A DNA stretch of 64,000 nucleotides from an uncultured delta proteobacterium (GCA_963782435.1 CAWAKF010000032.1:23400-87399), one strand, 5' to 3'; counted from the stretch's first letter, positions 19,768 to 31,036 are shown. Notes: generated from the sequence alone by a model not told the origin. Numbers and translations: made by a program.

Positions 19768-21626
19768 TTGATAAAGATCGTTGTTCTAACGGTTCTCAAT
19801 GCCGGGCTGATTGTACTGTTTGGTGCCCTTTTGAGACGGCGCAATCTTCTCTCCTATCATCAGGGGGGGAGGGTCTGGCTCACCTATTTGTCCATAGGGG
19901 TCATCACCCTAATGGACGAGTTTACCTCCATCTTTTACGTCCCGGCGGAGGCCTACCGTTTTATCGGTTTAAGCGCCATACCCTTTATCGTCATCACCAG
20001 CCTGTTGATCCGTTTTGTCAGCACCCGCCTTACGGAAATTGCCGAAATCCTCGAGCATCATCAACTCATCGGAGGCGGGGTCTACTCTTTTCTTATCTGG
20101 TCTTGGGGCCGATGATGTCTTTTGTGGCCGTATCCTCGATTATGGTGGATTACATCCTGACCGCCTGTATCTCCGCGGTCAGTGCGGTCTCCAATGCCAC
20201 CTCCTTTTTCCCGATCCCTCAATCAACGGCCTTGATTCTGGTGCTGGCCATCATCTGGGCCGTGGCCGGTTTGAATATTTCCGGGATCAGGGAAAATGCC
20301 CGGTTCACCTTCATGATCTTTATCGGTGCTGCTTTTGTCATTCTTAATTTGATCGTCTCCGGTATCCTTAATCTGGACCAAGGTTCTTTTGGCCAAATGC
20401 ACCTGGCGACATCTCAGGCCTTTAAACACGTCAACACCGGGTCGATGCTGGGGGATTACGGCCATGTTATTTCAAGTATTGCTTTTTGCATCCTGGCCTA
20501 CTCCGGGGTTGAATCTGTGCTCCAAACGGCCGGGTTTGTGCGCAGTTGGAAAGAAATCCGTAAGGCCTACTGGTTTCTGGCCTTGACTGTGGGGGTGGTG
20601 ACCCCTTTAGTGACCATCCTGGTCCTATCGACCCGGATCGATTTCAAGGCCCATGAAGGGGACCTGATTACCCATTATGCCACCTTGCTAAATGGGATCC
20701 CTTTTGGCTTGGTGGTAGGTGCCCTGGCCAGCTTTACCCTGACTCTAGCCGTGAATACCGCCTTTGTGGCCTCCAGCGAGCTCATGGAACGGGTTGCCGA
20801 CCGCTACGGTTTTCATTGGCTGATCGCCACCAATCGGCGACAATCTCTGTATCGTATCCATCTGTCCAGTGCCGTTTTCTTTTCTTTTATTGTCCTTCTC
20901 ACCATGGGGAGTCAGGCGCAACTGGCTAACATGTATGCCCTGGGGCTTTTGGCTTCCTTTTGTATCAACATGGGTTCCCTTATTATTTACCGGTATTTTC
21001 AAGGTAAGGGGGATGGGATCACCTATTCCACCAGCCGCTTCGGAACTCTGATTCTCTGGGTCATTCTGGTCAGTTGTTTTATTTTTCTGGCTTTTGACAA
21101 ACCCCAGGCGACCATGCTTTGGGCCACGGTGACCGGAGCGATGCTCCTTCTTGGATTTTGGGTGGCTAAAAAACGTTCTCCGGAGACCAAAGAGATCGAA
21201 CAGGGGGAAAATGAAATGGGGATGCTTCTTTATCTGGCCGAGTCCGAGGAGCGGGATATTCATCTCTTTTTCAGAAGATCGGAGGAAACCGATGAGACCA
21301 AGGCCAAAGGGAATGAGGCCTATATTTCTTTTTATTCCCCTCGGGTGGGTGGGCTACCCCCTAAGACGGTGCCCAATCAATTTCGCTTTCCTTTGTCCAA
21401 AATCAGTCTTTTTCATCGTATCATGAGCCTGCTCCGGGTGGTCGAATATGAAATGGGCGATCGATCCGTTACGGTTCATTTTGGCTGGCCCATGTCTTCC
21501 TGGTGGGAGCGGTTATCCATCGGGGTCATGGTTTTCAATCTGATGAAGTTACCGAGACTTTTTCCTCAATTCGAATTCGAAATTTATTATAAAAAGCGGC
21601 CCTTCCTTTCAAAAAAGGGAGATTAA
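19768..21626 (+). pseudogene. APC-superfamily transporter with a long cytoplasmic C-terminal domain. It is split by a -1 frameshift in a GGGG run near 20105. Possible sequencing error.
   Basis: ORF 19768..20115 is TM1-3, and ORF 20103..21626 continues the same transporter. Adding one G at tcttggggccg restores ...IWSWGPMMSFVAV. Confidence 0.6.
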
Positions 21627-21682
21627 TGCTATTGTAAAAATCGATGATCAGCAAAGTCGTCTGAAAAAAGGAAAGGAATACC

Positions 21683-22615
21683 ATGGGAAAAAATCAACTA
21701 GCCCCTTCAGGCGGAGCCAGCGGTCCGATCGTTATTTTGAGTATTTTGTTACTGGCAGCAGTATTGCTCGCGGTTATAAGCCAGTTCAAAAGTATCCATT
21801 TAAACCTCGAGGATTACCCCGGGCTCCAGGTCAAAGAGCTGGATCTGATTTCCCGGATGCAATTGAACCTTTTCAAATCCGTTGAAGCCGAAAAAATGTC
21901 GGTGACGACCGATACCGACGAATCTTCCAAGACTTTTGCCGATCAGTCACAGCAGAAATCAGACACTGTGGAGCGGGATCGTCAGGAGCTCGGTTTATTG
22001 ATTAAGAAAGACCCTACCGATCGGGAAACGAATTTGCTTCGAGAGTTTGACCACAGTTGGATGGAGTTTCGAAGAATTGATGGGGAGCTTCTTGGATTTG
22101 CGGTTAAAAACACCAACGTGAAGGCCTCCCAACTTTCATTTGGTCAAGGCAGTGAGGTTCTCGTACGCCTTGAAAAAGCTTTAACTGAATTCAGAAGGGT
22201 TGATTCAATGAACGGGAAGGAACAACGGGCTGCCTGTCTGGCAAATGATGCCCTGGTAGCCGGACTTAAAATTCATTATCTTCACGCCCCGCACATTGCC
22301 GCATCCGATGATAAGCAGATGGATAAAATTGAGGCCGACATCAAAAAAAACAAACAGATCATTACCAACGCATTAAATGAGATGAAATCTCTCGTTCCGG
22401 AAAAAAAGCTGACCTTTTTAAAAGAGGCCAACCTCGCCTTTAAAGACTTGATCAAGTTAACCGCCCAGGTCGTTGACCTGTCCCGTCAGAACACGAATGT
22501 CAAATCCTTTGAGCTGTCTCTCGGCCGGAAGCGAAAAGTAACCGCTCAATGTGATGAGATTTTAAAAAGCCTGGAAGAAGCAATACGGAGCCGATCCTTT
22601 AAGGCTACCCGATGA
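21683..22615 (+). CDS. Hypothetical membrane-anchored coiled-coil protein
   Basis: N-terminal signal or TM anchor, then an extended helical region. No recognisable catalytic motif. Confidence 0.45.
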   Translation: MGKNQLAPSGGASGPIVILSILLLAAVLLAVISQFKSIHLNLEDYPGLQVKELDLISRMQLNLFKSVEAEKMSVTTDTDESSKTFADQSQQKSDTVERDRQELGLLIKKDPTDRETNLLREFDHSWMEFRRIDGELLGFAVKNTNVKASQLSFGQGSEVLVRLEKALTEFRRVDSMNGKEQRAACLANDALVAGLKIHYLHAPHIAASDDKQMDKIEADIKKNKQIITNALNEMKSLVPEKKLTFLKEANLAFKDLIKLTAQVVDLSRQNTNVKSFELSLGRKRKVTAQCDEILKSLEEAIRSRSFKATR

Positions 22616-22912
22616 TAGAACCAGACGGGATAAAACCATTTCGACCGTTAAAGTTTTTGCTGGTGTTTAAATAAAAACAGCCATGTTCAAGGATGGGCAC
22701 ACCCTTTTATTTTATTGGCCTGTTTTAAACAAAGGGTGAAATAGATGACAAAAAGAATGGATATCTGGAAGAAGTTGGTTTTTTATAACGAATTAGGGCT
22801 ATAATAGGTTTTGTTAATTCTTATTGTGTTGTTAGAGGAAATGCTATAATAAAAAACCACTTTGTCAGCCAAAAAGCGGAGGAAACCGGCCGGGCTCTAT
22901 CGATCCGCCTGA

Positions 22913-23885
22913 GTGAAGATTGGGATTTTTTCGATGAATAAAGTGAAAAAGATTCTATTGACTATCGTTGTTGTTATTGCAGTGGTCAATATCGGGGTTT
23001 TGATCTTGATGAATTTTGCACCGAAGGCGCAAATTGCCGGGGCCATCATTTATTTTGAGCGAACCCGAGCCGGCCTCGAGAGAAAAACCATTGAGATTCC
23101 GGGATTCCGAGTGGCCTACCTGGAAGGGGGCTCCGGCGACCCCTTGTTACTCCTTCACGGAAGCGGCGATGATAAGGACATCTGGACGCCGGTGTCGAAT
23201 TATTTAACAAAGCACTTTCGCGTGATCGCCTTGGATCTGCCTGGTTTCGGAGAGAGTGATAAACCGGCCGAACGAACCTATACGGCGCAAGGCCAGGTGG
23301 AAAACGTCAAGGCTTTTACCCGTGCCCTGGGGCTCACCTCCTTTCATCTCGGAGGTCATTCCCTGGGTGGTAAAATATCAGCCATCTATGCCGCAAAAAA
23401 CCCTTCCCAAGTCAAGAGTCTTTGGTTGCTGGCACCGGCCGGGGTGTATTCGGCCCAGCCCAGTGAGATGCACAAATATATCCATAAGCGATATCGAATT
23501 CCCATTTACGGTCGAACTCTGGAAGAGTTCGACCAATTACTTTTTTTCACTATGAACAAACCCCCTTACATCCCTAAACCGGTCAAGAAAGTACTGATCG
23601 AACGTGCTGCGGTCGATCACGAACTGCATAATAAGATCTACCAGGAGATTTATCAGGGAAGCCTTTCATCTGGAGGAAATTGCCGAGGGCCTGGCCGTGC
23701 CGACCCGAATCGTCTGGGGCGATCAAGACCGAATACTTCATTGTTCCGGAGCTAAGATTCTGGATAAATTATTGCCCGACTCTTCCGTGCTGGTCCTGAA
23801 AGGGGTCGGCCATGTCCCTATGATCGAGAAGCCCAGGCTGGTTGCCGAAGATTTTAAGGCCTTTATTGAATCGGCGATAAACTAA
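22913..23885 (+). pseudogene. Alpha/beta-hydrolase fold protein, frameshifted near 23650 next to a GGG run. Possible sequencing error.
   Basis: HGSGDD oxyanion region and nucleophile elbow GHSLGG in ORF 22913..23755. The catalytic-His C-terminus (GVGHVPMIE) is in the overlapping ORF 23604..23885. Confidence 0.6.
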
Positions 23886-24245
23886 TACCATCCTGATTAC
23901 TTCAATTTTGAATCCTTTCAGAATGCCTTCCCGTAGAATAATCCTCGGTCTGTCCTGTCCGGTGGGCGATCCAAATCAATTTGGTTGCAGCCACATCTAA
24001 CAATTTACCTAAAAAAAGCTTTTCCGAATGTGAGGCCAACCAGGGGGGGGAAACCATATTCTCTCCTTTCTGTGATAAAAAATAGGACTATTAATTAATA
24101 CTGACATGGTGTTGTCAGTCTGGTAGGATATTTTATTACTCGAATGCCGTTCGTTGTTAAGCCTTTGTCGTCTGCCGGAACTCACTCTCAGGGTTCGACG
24201 ATGTCTCATAGGGAAATGAAGGATTGATATAAAGGAAGATGAACC

Positions 24246-25172
24246 ATGTCCTATAAATTTGATTCGCTGATGCTGATCCTGAATAAGATGGACAGCCAGG
24301 AGAAGGTGACAGTCGATTCTTTGAAAGAAGAACTGGGCGTGAGTGAAAGGACAATTTTTCGGTATATGAACACCCTGCTGGCGGCGGGGTTTCCCGTCGC
24401 CTTTGATAAAGAAAAAGGAGGATATCGGTTTATGGAAGGCTATGGCTTAAAAAAGCCGGATTTATCCCTGAATGAGACGTTGGCCCTGGGCATTTCCAGG
24501 AAGATGATGGCCGGCATGGGCGGAGGCTGGGAAGAGAGCATGAAACGGATCGAAGAGAAACTTTCTGTCAAAAAGCCGGGACTACCTCGGCACATTGTCC
24601 TGTCCGGCGGACCTTTGCCGGAGGCGGTGGCCGGGCATATCGGGATGATCCATAAGGCCATTATGAATTTCCAGAAAATTAAAATGACCTATTCACCCCT
24701 CTATTCGGATGAAAAAACCAAACGGAAAGTGGATCCCTATTATCTATTTTTTGAAGAGGACTTCTGGTATTTCCGCGGATATTGTCACCTCCGGGAAGAG
24801 GTCCGCACTTTTGCCCTGGACCGGATTATGAGTTTAAAAGTTCTGGAAGAACATTTCATCCCCAGGAACATCGCCCCGGAGGAGGAACTGTCCGGGGCTT
24901 TCGGAACTGTGGTGGACGGGGAGCCGGTGGAGATTGTCTTAAGATTCGATGCTGAGAGCCGCCCTTATCTTCAAAGAAAAAGATGGCACGAAAGTCAACG
25001 GGAAAGAATCCTAAGAGACGGCCGGCTGGAATTACGATTTACCGTCAACGGCCTGGAGGGGATCACCCCCTGGATTTATCGCTGGCTGCCTCATGTGGAG
25101 GTGGTTTCTCCGGCAAGATTGAGGGAGGGGGTTAAGGAAGAATTAAGGCAGGCCTTAAAAAAATACGCCTGA
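24246..25172 (+). CDS. WYL-domain transcriptional regulator (HTH + WYL + WCX); YafY-like
   Basis: N-terminal HTH (LKEELGVSERTIFRYMNTL) and a WYL region (DPYYLFFEEDFWYFRGYCHLREEVRTFALDRI). Confidence 0.75.
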   Translation: MSYKFDSLMLILNKMDSQEKVTVDSLKEELGVSERTIFRYMNTLLAAGFPVAFDKEKGGYRFMEGYGLKKPDLSLNETLALGISRKMMAGMGGGWEESMKRIEEKLSVKKPGLPRHIVLSGGPLPEAVAGHIGMIHKAIMNFQKIKMTYSPLYSDEKTKRKVDPYYLFFEEDFWYFRGYCHLREEVRTFALDRIMSLKVLEEHFIPRNIAPEEELSGAFGTVVDGEPVEIVLRFDAESRPYLQRKRWHESQRERILRDGRLELRFTVNGLEGITPWIYRWLPHVEVVSPARLREGVKEELRQALKKYA

Positions 25173-25499
25173 CCCGCAAATGGCCGGGATCAGGCTTGGC
25201 TTGCCCTAACCGTTGACAATCGGAAGTCCCTGTGGTATTTTCCGACTATCTTATTAATTTATCTTTTCTTTTTGTCTTTTATCCAAATACGGGGAGGATA
25301 AGATGAAGATCAAAGGCCCTTTTCCTTTTTCAGGACGAGGGCCTTTTTTGTCCATTTCCCGGAGGTTCAAAATTATTCAAAGAGTATTAGCGGCTTGGGA
25401 ACTTTTACCGTCGCAATAGGCAACCTTAAAAAGTGGACGCCCCAATAGAAAAAGATCTATTTTCATGAACTTCCCTTAGGTTTTGGCCATGGGTTAGAT

Positions 25500-27332
25500 T
25501 TGATCACGGACAAACCGGACCATTTTTCCCTTCGTACTGAAGTGGTTCAGAAGACTTGCAATGACTGGGTCACCCGGGAAAAAGAAATGAAAATAAAAGA
25601 GAAAATATTTAAAATTATTCCCTATCTTCAAACCTCTGAAGGCGTTTTTTTATTAGTCTTTTCTATTGTCATAGGAATGGGAGCGGGTTTCGGGGCTGTC
25701 CTCTTCCGTTGGCTTATCAAAAATTTTAACTTCCTGTTCTTCGACCAGGGGCATAGTCTGCTCCGATTCATGGGACCCTATTACGTTATCCTCATCCCTG
25801 CCCTGGGAGGGTTGATTATCGGACCGATCATTCATTTCTTTGCCAAAGAGACCAAGGGCCATGGGGTCCCGGAAGTGATGTTGGCCGTATCCACTTCGGG
25901 GGGCCGGATTAGACTAAGGGTAGCGGCTATCAAGGCCTTAGTTTCATCCATCTGCATCGGTTCCGGAGGTTCAGCCGGTCGGGAAGGGCCTATTGTTCAA
26001 ATCGGTTCTGCTTTGGGTTCAGGCTTGGGACAGTTTTTTAAACTTTCAGACGAGAAGGTCCGAATTTTAGTTGCCTGTGGGGCCGGAGGGGGGATTGCCG
26101 CCACTTTCAATACCCCGTTGGCCGGCATCTTTTTCGCCTTAGAGGTTATTTTAGGGGAGTATGGCATCCGATTTTTTTCTGCGGTCGTTCTTTCATCGGT
26201 GACCGCTACAATCGTCTCCAGACATTTTTTGGGAGACCATCCTGCATTTTTGACTCCGACCTATCAGTTCTTAAGTGCCTGGGAGATCCCTCTATATTTT
26301 ATTTTTGGGTTTTTAGCCGCGTTTACAGCGCTGCTCTTTATCAAAATACTTTATCAAAGCGAGGATTGGTTTGACTCCTGGAAGGTCCCAGAATATGCCA
26401 AACCGGCTATCGGAGGATTGATTATCGGGTTAATCGGGCTCTATTTCCCAGAGATATTCGGGGTGGGGTATGAATCAATAGAACTGGCTTTATATGGAGG
26501 AAATACGGCCATGATTGCCCTTGTTCTCGTCCTAGCTAAAATTGCAGCCACCTCGGTAACACTGGGTTCAGGCGGGTCTGGAGGGGTTTTTGCGCCATCC
26601 TTATTTATTGGCGCTATGTTAGGAGAAGTATTCGGGAGACTGACTCAATTTTTGCTGCCTGATTTCGGTATCCCGCCGGGTGCCTGTGCTTTAGTGGGGA
26701 TGGGGGCGGTTTTTTCCGGAGCAGCCCATGCTCCGGTGTCCGCCATTCTCATTCTGTTTGAAATGACCGGGGATTATAAGATCATTCTGCCCTTAATGAT
26801 TACTTGTATCATCTCCGTAGCCGTGGTCAGGGAATTCACAAAAGATTCCATTTATACCCTGAAGCTGAGAAGGAGGGGGATCGATTACCAGAATATTAGA
26901 GGCAGAGACTTGATGGAGAGAATAACGGTTTCTGAAGCCATGTTCAAAAATTTATCCACCATGGATGAAATGACTCCGGTCAGGGATGCCGAAATGATGA
27001 TCCAATTGACGCATCATATAGGATTTCCGGTTGTTGACCTTAACGGCAATTTGGTGGGAATAGTGACCCACCAGGATATCCATAAAGCCTTGGGTGATGG
27101 GAATTCGGAAATTCCGGTAAAAGAGATTATGACCAAAGATATTATTGTTTGCTATCCTGATGAAAGTTTAAGAAGCGCCCTGGAAAAGATAGGGGATAGA
27201 GATATCGGACGAATCCCCGTGGTAGAGCGGGATAACCCCCAACACTTAATAGGGTTGGTCACCCGAAGGAGTATCCTCGTCGTTTATAATCAGGCCTTGA
27301 GGAGACAGAAAGAGGCTAATCAACGTCAATGA
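25500..27332 (+). CDS. ClC-family chloride channel with a C-terminal CBS pair
   Basis: GSGIP-like GSGGSAGREGP selectivity motif and GGIAATFNTPLAG, followed by two CBS domains. The true start may be the internal M at about 25587. Confidence 0.85.
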   Translation: MITDKPDHFSLRTEVVQKTCNDWVTREKEMKIKEKIFKIIPYLQTSEGVFLLVFSIVIGMGAGFGAVLFRWLIKNFNFLFFDQGHSLLRFMGPYYVILIPALGGLIIGPIIHFFAKETKGHGVPEVMLAVSTSGGRIRLRVAAIKALVSSICIGSGGSAGREGPIVQIGSALGSGLGQFFKLSDEKVRILVACGAGGGIAATFNTPLAGIFFALEVILGEYGIRFFSAVVLSSVTATIVSRHFLGDHPAFLTPTYQFLSAWEIPLYFIFGFLAAFTALLFIKILYQSEDWFDSWKVPEYAKPAIGGLIIGLIGLYFPEIFGVGYESIELALYGGNTAMIALVLVLAKIAATSVTLGSGGSGGVFAPSLFIGAMLGEVFGRLTQFLLPDFGIPPGACALVGMGAVFSGAAHAPVSAILILFEMTGDYKIILPLMITCIISVAVVREFTKDSIYTLKLRRRGIDYQNIRGRDLMERITVSEAMFKNLSTMDEMTPVRDAEMMIQLTHHIGFPVVDLNGNLVGIVTHQDIHKALGDGNSEIPVKEIMTKDIIVCYPDESLRSALEKIGDRDIGRIPVVERDNPQHLIGLVTRRSILVVYNQALRRQKEANQRQ

Positions 27333-27401
27333 TCCAAACTCTCTTTTATGGAATAACGTCCATTCAATACCTTCGGAGCGAAGATAACCGGCAGAACCCC
27401 C

Positions 27402-28712
27402 ATGAGTGAAACCGGAAACAGAGACCTCGGATATTGGGAGGTAACCGCCATAGGGATCGGCGGTATGGTCGGGGGTGGAATTTTTGCCGTTCTTGGCTTA
27501 TCCGTGTATTTGGCCCACGGGGGAGCGCCCATAGCCTTTTTCATTGCGGGGATCGTTGCTCTGGTCACCTCTTATTCATACGCACGACTATCAGTCACTT
27601 TTCCGAGTCAGGGAGGAACCGTGGCCTTCCTGGATCGCGCCTTCGGCCCGGGCCTGCTGACCGGGAGTATGAACATTTTGCTCTGGATAAGCTACATCAT
27701 CATGTTGTCGCTGTATGCCTATGCCTTCGGAAGTTACGGATCAACCTTGTTCCCGTCCGACTCACAACTATATTGGAAACATATTCTGATCACCGGCAGT
27801 GTCGTCGCCATTACCGGGCTGAACCTATTGAGCGCCAAGCTGATCGGTGAAGCGGAGGACTGGATTGTGCTCATCAAGCTGGCGATTCTGTTCCTTTTCA
27901 TTGCCGTTGGGTTCTGGGGTATTGACAGTAAAAGGCTGGCCCCATCGGCCTGGGCTTCCCCTTTGGGGTTGGTTGCCGGCGGGATGATCATCTTTCTGGC
28001 TTATGAGGGATTTGAGTTGATTGCCAACACCGCTCAGGATGTTCGGAATCCCCTCAAGACCTTGCCTCGTGCCTTTTATTCCAGCGTTGGTTTCGTAATC
28101 ATTCTTTATGTTCTTGTGTCGGTCGTTGCCGTCGGCACTCTGCCCATCGCCAAGATTATCGATGCCAAAGACTATGCGCTGGCTGAGGCCGCCCGGCCAT
28201 TCCTGGGTCAAGCCGGGTTCCTTTTGATCGCCATCGCGGCCATGCTTTCAACGGCTTCGGCCATCAATGCTACGGTATATGGTGCCGCCCGGTTGAGTTA
28301 TGTCATTACCAAAGACGGCGAGCTTCCAAGCGGATTGGAACGAAAGGCCTGGGGAAGGCCAATCGAGGGACTGTTGATTACGGCCGGGGCCACCCTGCTC
28401 ATCGCCAACCTGACTGACCTCTCCAGCCTGTCGACTATGGGTAGTGCCGGCTTCCTGTTGATCTTTGCCGCCGTCAATGGGGCCAACGGGGTCCTGGCAA
28501 AGAACACACAGAGCCGGCGTTGGCTTTCTCTTTTCGGAACTGGACTTTGTCTTAGTGCCTTAGCCAGCCTTCTCTGGCAGACGGCCAAGAGTTCACCCGG
28601 TCAGATCTGGTTTCTGGCGGTCATGGCCGGGGCCGCCTTTCTGATCGAAATCACTTTCCGGTTGACTACGGGGCGAAGCATAAATCTTTCAACAGACCCA
28701 AAAAAGAATTGA
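27402..28712 (+). CDS. APC-family amino acid permease
   Basis: 12-TM layout with an N-terminal GIGGMVGGGIFAVLG signature. Confidence 0.85.
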   Translation: MSETGNRDLGYWEVTAIGIGGMVGGGIFAVLGLSVYLAHGGAPIAFFIAGIVALVTSYSYARLSVTFPSQGGTVAFLDRAFGPGLLTGSMNILLWISYIIMLSLYAYAFGSYGSTLFPSDSQLYWKHILITGSVVAITGLNLLSAKLIGEAEDWIVLIKLAILFLFIAVGFWGIDSKRLAPSAWASPLGLVAGGMIIFLAYEGFELIANTAQDVRNPLKTLPRAFYSSVGFVIILYVLVSVVAVGTLPIAKIIDAKDYALAEAARPFLGQAGFLLIAIAAMLSTASAINATVYGAARLSYVITKDGELPSGLERKAWGRPIEGLLITAGATLLIANLTDLSSLSTMGSAGFLLIFAAVNGANGVLAKNTQSRRWLSLFGTGLCLSALASLLWQTAKSSPGQIWFLAVMAGAAFLIEITFRLTTGRSINLSTDPKKN

Positions 28713-28805
28713 TCCATATTCTAAGACCGGTCTGAACTATTCGTCGGTTAATGTTTTATTAGCGGTAAAGAATCGGGGAGAGCCCTTCACTATAATCCGA
28801 AACTG

Positions 28806-29636
28806 TTATCCCTGCCAGGCCTGGAAAAGTATTCTTATGCCTACAAATCCCAAGGCCACGGCCAGGCTCCGGATGATCCAGGTCCCCTGAATCCGGTTGG
28901 AAAGCCGGGCTCCCAGTTGGGCGCCCGCCATTACCCCAATGGCCAGAAAAACCGTCCGGTGCACCCCATGAGAAAAAGTGCCCGTTAAAATATGGGTCAA
29001 GGTTCCGGTTAGGGCCATATTGGCCAGGATGAAGTGCGATGTGGCCGTAGCGATATGAACCGGAAAATTCATGAGGTAAACCAGGGCCGGCACATGAATA
29101 ATCCCGCCGCCGATGCCTAAAAGACTGGAAAAAAATCCCACAAAGAAACTAAGGATCATCCCCAGGACCGGATTATAGGAATAGGTGTGCTCCGTGCCGT
29201 CTGCCTCTATCAGATGGCGGGAAAGACCTTGATAGGGCATTTTGGGTACGGCTCCTTTTTTGTTTAAACGGGTTTCAAAAAAGAGGTAGATAGTTGCGCT
29301 GATCATTAAGAAACCGAAGACGGTATCAAAGAGCCATCTGGGAATGAGAGATGTCGTCAGTGCCCCGATAACTGCTCCGGGAACGCTGGCACCTGAAAAC
29401 AACAGGCCGGATTTATAATCCACCCGTTTCATCATGGCATAGGCTTCCGTGCCTGAGAGGGCATTGAAAAAAACAACGGCCAAAGAAATGCTGGTCAGGA
29501 TTTCAGGACTTTCTTTGGGATAGAGGAGGAGCAAAACCGGCAGGAGGACGAAGCCGCCGCCGGCCCCGATAAGGGTGCCATACCCTCCGGTGAAAAATCC
29601 CAAAATCAATAACCCGATATCCGGTCCGATTTGCAT
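28806..29636 (-). CDS. TSUP-family sulfite/anion exporter TauE/SafE
   Basis: Duplicated 4-TM halves with glycine-rich motifs (GGYGTLIGAGGGFVLLPVLL). Confidence 0.8.
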   Translation of the reverse strand: MQIGPDIGLLILGFFTGGYGTLIGAGGGFVLLPVLLLLYPKESPEILTSISLAVVFFNALSGTEAYAMMKRVDYKSGLLFSGASVPGAVIGALTTSLIPRWLFDTVFGFLMISATIYLFFETRLNKKGAVPKMPYQGLSRHLIEADGTEHTYSYNPVLGMILSFFVGFFSSLLGIGGGIIHVPALVYLMNFPVHIATATSHFILANMALTGTLTHILTGTFSHGVHRTVFLAIGVMAGAQLGARLSNRIQGTWIIRSLAVALGFVGIRILFQAWQG

Positions 29637-29894
29637 GCCTTCCTTCCCCTATTGATAAGAAAGAATACCAGGATAAAATCTCCTTGTAAACCTCGTAGTT
29701 ACAAAAAAAAATTCAAGAACTAATCCGAGTTGGACAAAATCTTACGCATTCGGAAATTTGTGTTCCTTAAGGTGAGGAATGAAACTCAAACGAAAAATCG
29801 GCCTTGAATTGAAAGAGAAACAGGCCGGGTTTGAGAAAAAGATTCAGGGAAAAAATGAAGCGTTGAATTTCATCTTTGTTTTGTTTGTAAAGTG

Positions 29895-29915
29895 AAGTTC
29901 TGTTTTTCAGAACTT
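29895..29915. promoter_or_regulatory. Perfect inverted repeat aagttctg-N5-cagaactt next to a TTGACA -35 (29921-29926). Candidate HigBA operator.
   Basis: Read directly from the sequence, about 40 nt upstream of the higB ATG. Confidence 0.3.
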
Positions 29916-29954
29916 TATTCTTGACATAATAAATATTCTTGGATAACCTATGTC

Positions 29955-30257
29955 ATGCATGTGATCGCACGAAAGGTTCTGAACGAATTTTCCAACAGTT
30001 ATCCCCGGTCCAGGAAACCACTTGATTCCTGGTGGACCATTTGTAACAAGAATCATTTTCCAAACTTTGTTGAATTGAAAAAAACTTTTGGAACAGTCAA
30101 CTTGATCAATAATTGTCTTGTTTTCAATATCGGCGGCGGTAAATACAGGTTGGTTGTCAGGGTGAATTTTTCCGCTCAGAGGATGTGGATTAAATACGTT
30201 TTGAGTCATGAAGAATATGATAAGATTGATTTAAAAGGAGATCCAAGATGCCGTTAG
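29955..30257 (+). CDS. higB: Type II toxin HigB (YgjN/RelE-fold mRNA interferase)
   Basis: Strong similarity to E. coli HigB (MHVI.RK.L..F...YP...VFNIGG.KYRLVV.V.F....I.IK.VLTH.EYD). It lies upstream of the antitoxin, the HigBA order. Confidence 0.7.
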   Translation: MHVIARKVLNEFSNSYPRSRKPLDSWWTICNKNHFPNFVELKKTFGTVNLINNCLVFNIGGGKYRLVVRVNFSAQRMWIKYVLSHEEYDKIDLKGDPRCR

Positions 30258-30631
30258 CCCGCAAAAAAGACTTTTCAAAAAATCTATATCCATTGAAGGT
30301 CATAAAAAATGAAGAAGATTACCAGGAGGCCCTGAAATCCATGAAGGCGGTTTTTGACGAAACTGAAGGGGATTTAGCGGATTATACCGAAACCCTGACC
30401 CTTCTGATTGAAAAGTATGAAGAGTCCCTTGTTTCCTTCCCGGAATCGTCAGGAATTGAAGTATTGAAATTCCTGATGGATCAAAACGGACTAAAACAAA
30501 AGGATCTGGCCGGTATTTTGGGCGGCAAATCCACTGTTTCCGAATTGCTTAATGGTAAAAGACCTTTTAACCTGAACCATATAAGATTATTGGCCAAGAA
30601 GTTTAATGTAAGACCAGCCACGTTTGTTTAA
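30248..30631 (+). CDS. higA: HigA antitoxin (XRE-family HTH)
   Basis: C-terminal HTH (LKQKDLAGILGGKSTVSELLNGKRPF). Overlaps higB by 10 nt. Confidence 0.7.
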   Translation: MPLARKKDFSKNLYPLKVIKNEEDYQEALKSMKAVFDETEGDLADYTETLTLLIEKYEESLVSFPESSGIEVLKFLMDQNGLKQKDLAGILGGKSTVSELLNGKRPFNLNHIRLLAKKFNVRPATFV

Positions 30632-30710
30632 CTCGGAAGATGAAAACAATTATGTAGGTCGGGGTATTTTTGGGGACCTTTGATAAGAAACCGGCCCAAA
30701 CTACGGATAA

Positions 30711-31036
30711 CCTCCATTAAAAATATTTCTTTGCAAATTAGCCAGTTATATTCTATAATTCCCTTTTAGTCTCAATCTTTCAAATACCCTTCCTTAAGAT
30801 CTTAAGGAGATTCATGGCCCTGATCCAGATCTTAAAAGATCCATTCGATAAAACACCAATTCCAGTAGGTTATATCCGCCGCTTTATTAATCAGTTTAAA
30901 TACCATTATTTTAGAGAAAGACATCTTAGTATTTTTCCTGAATGACAGGGAAATAGACCCCGGTGGTGCCATCTCGCCGGGCAAGTACTCTATGCCCGAA
31001 GGGCATTGAGAATAAATAAAAAGGAGAAACACGACA
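30711..31036 (+). repeat. Promoter-leader cassette, copy C: sigma-70 promoter TTGCAA-17-TATAAT (30731-30759), the cttaagatcttaag palindrome over the RBS, and a 44-aa leader ORF (from the ATG at about 30814)
   Basis: Shares the conserved promoter, the tttcaaat box, the palindrome, and the leader N-terminus MA(L/Q)I.I.KDP with copies at 49.7, 55.5 and 59.7 kb. It lacks the 150-bp hairpin insert. Confidence 0.7.

Noticed and set aside
25173-25500. Fluoride riboswitch upstream of the ClC gene
   Set aside because: No GGCGATGG...CCGCC...CTGATGAT.CCT-like crcB consensus found. The channel has CBS domains and is not a CLC-F type.
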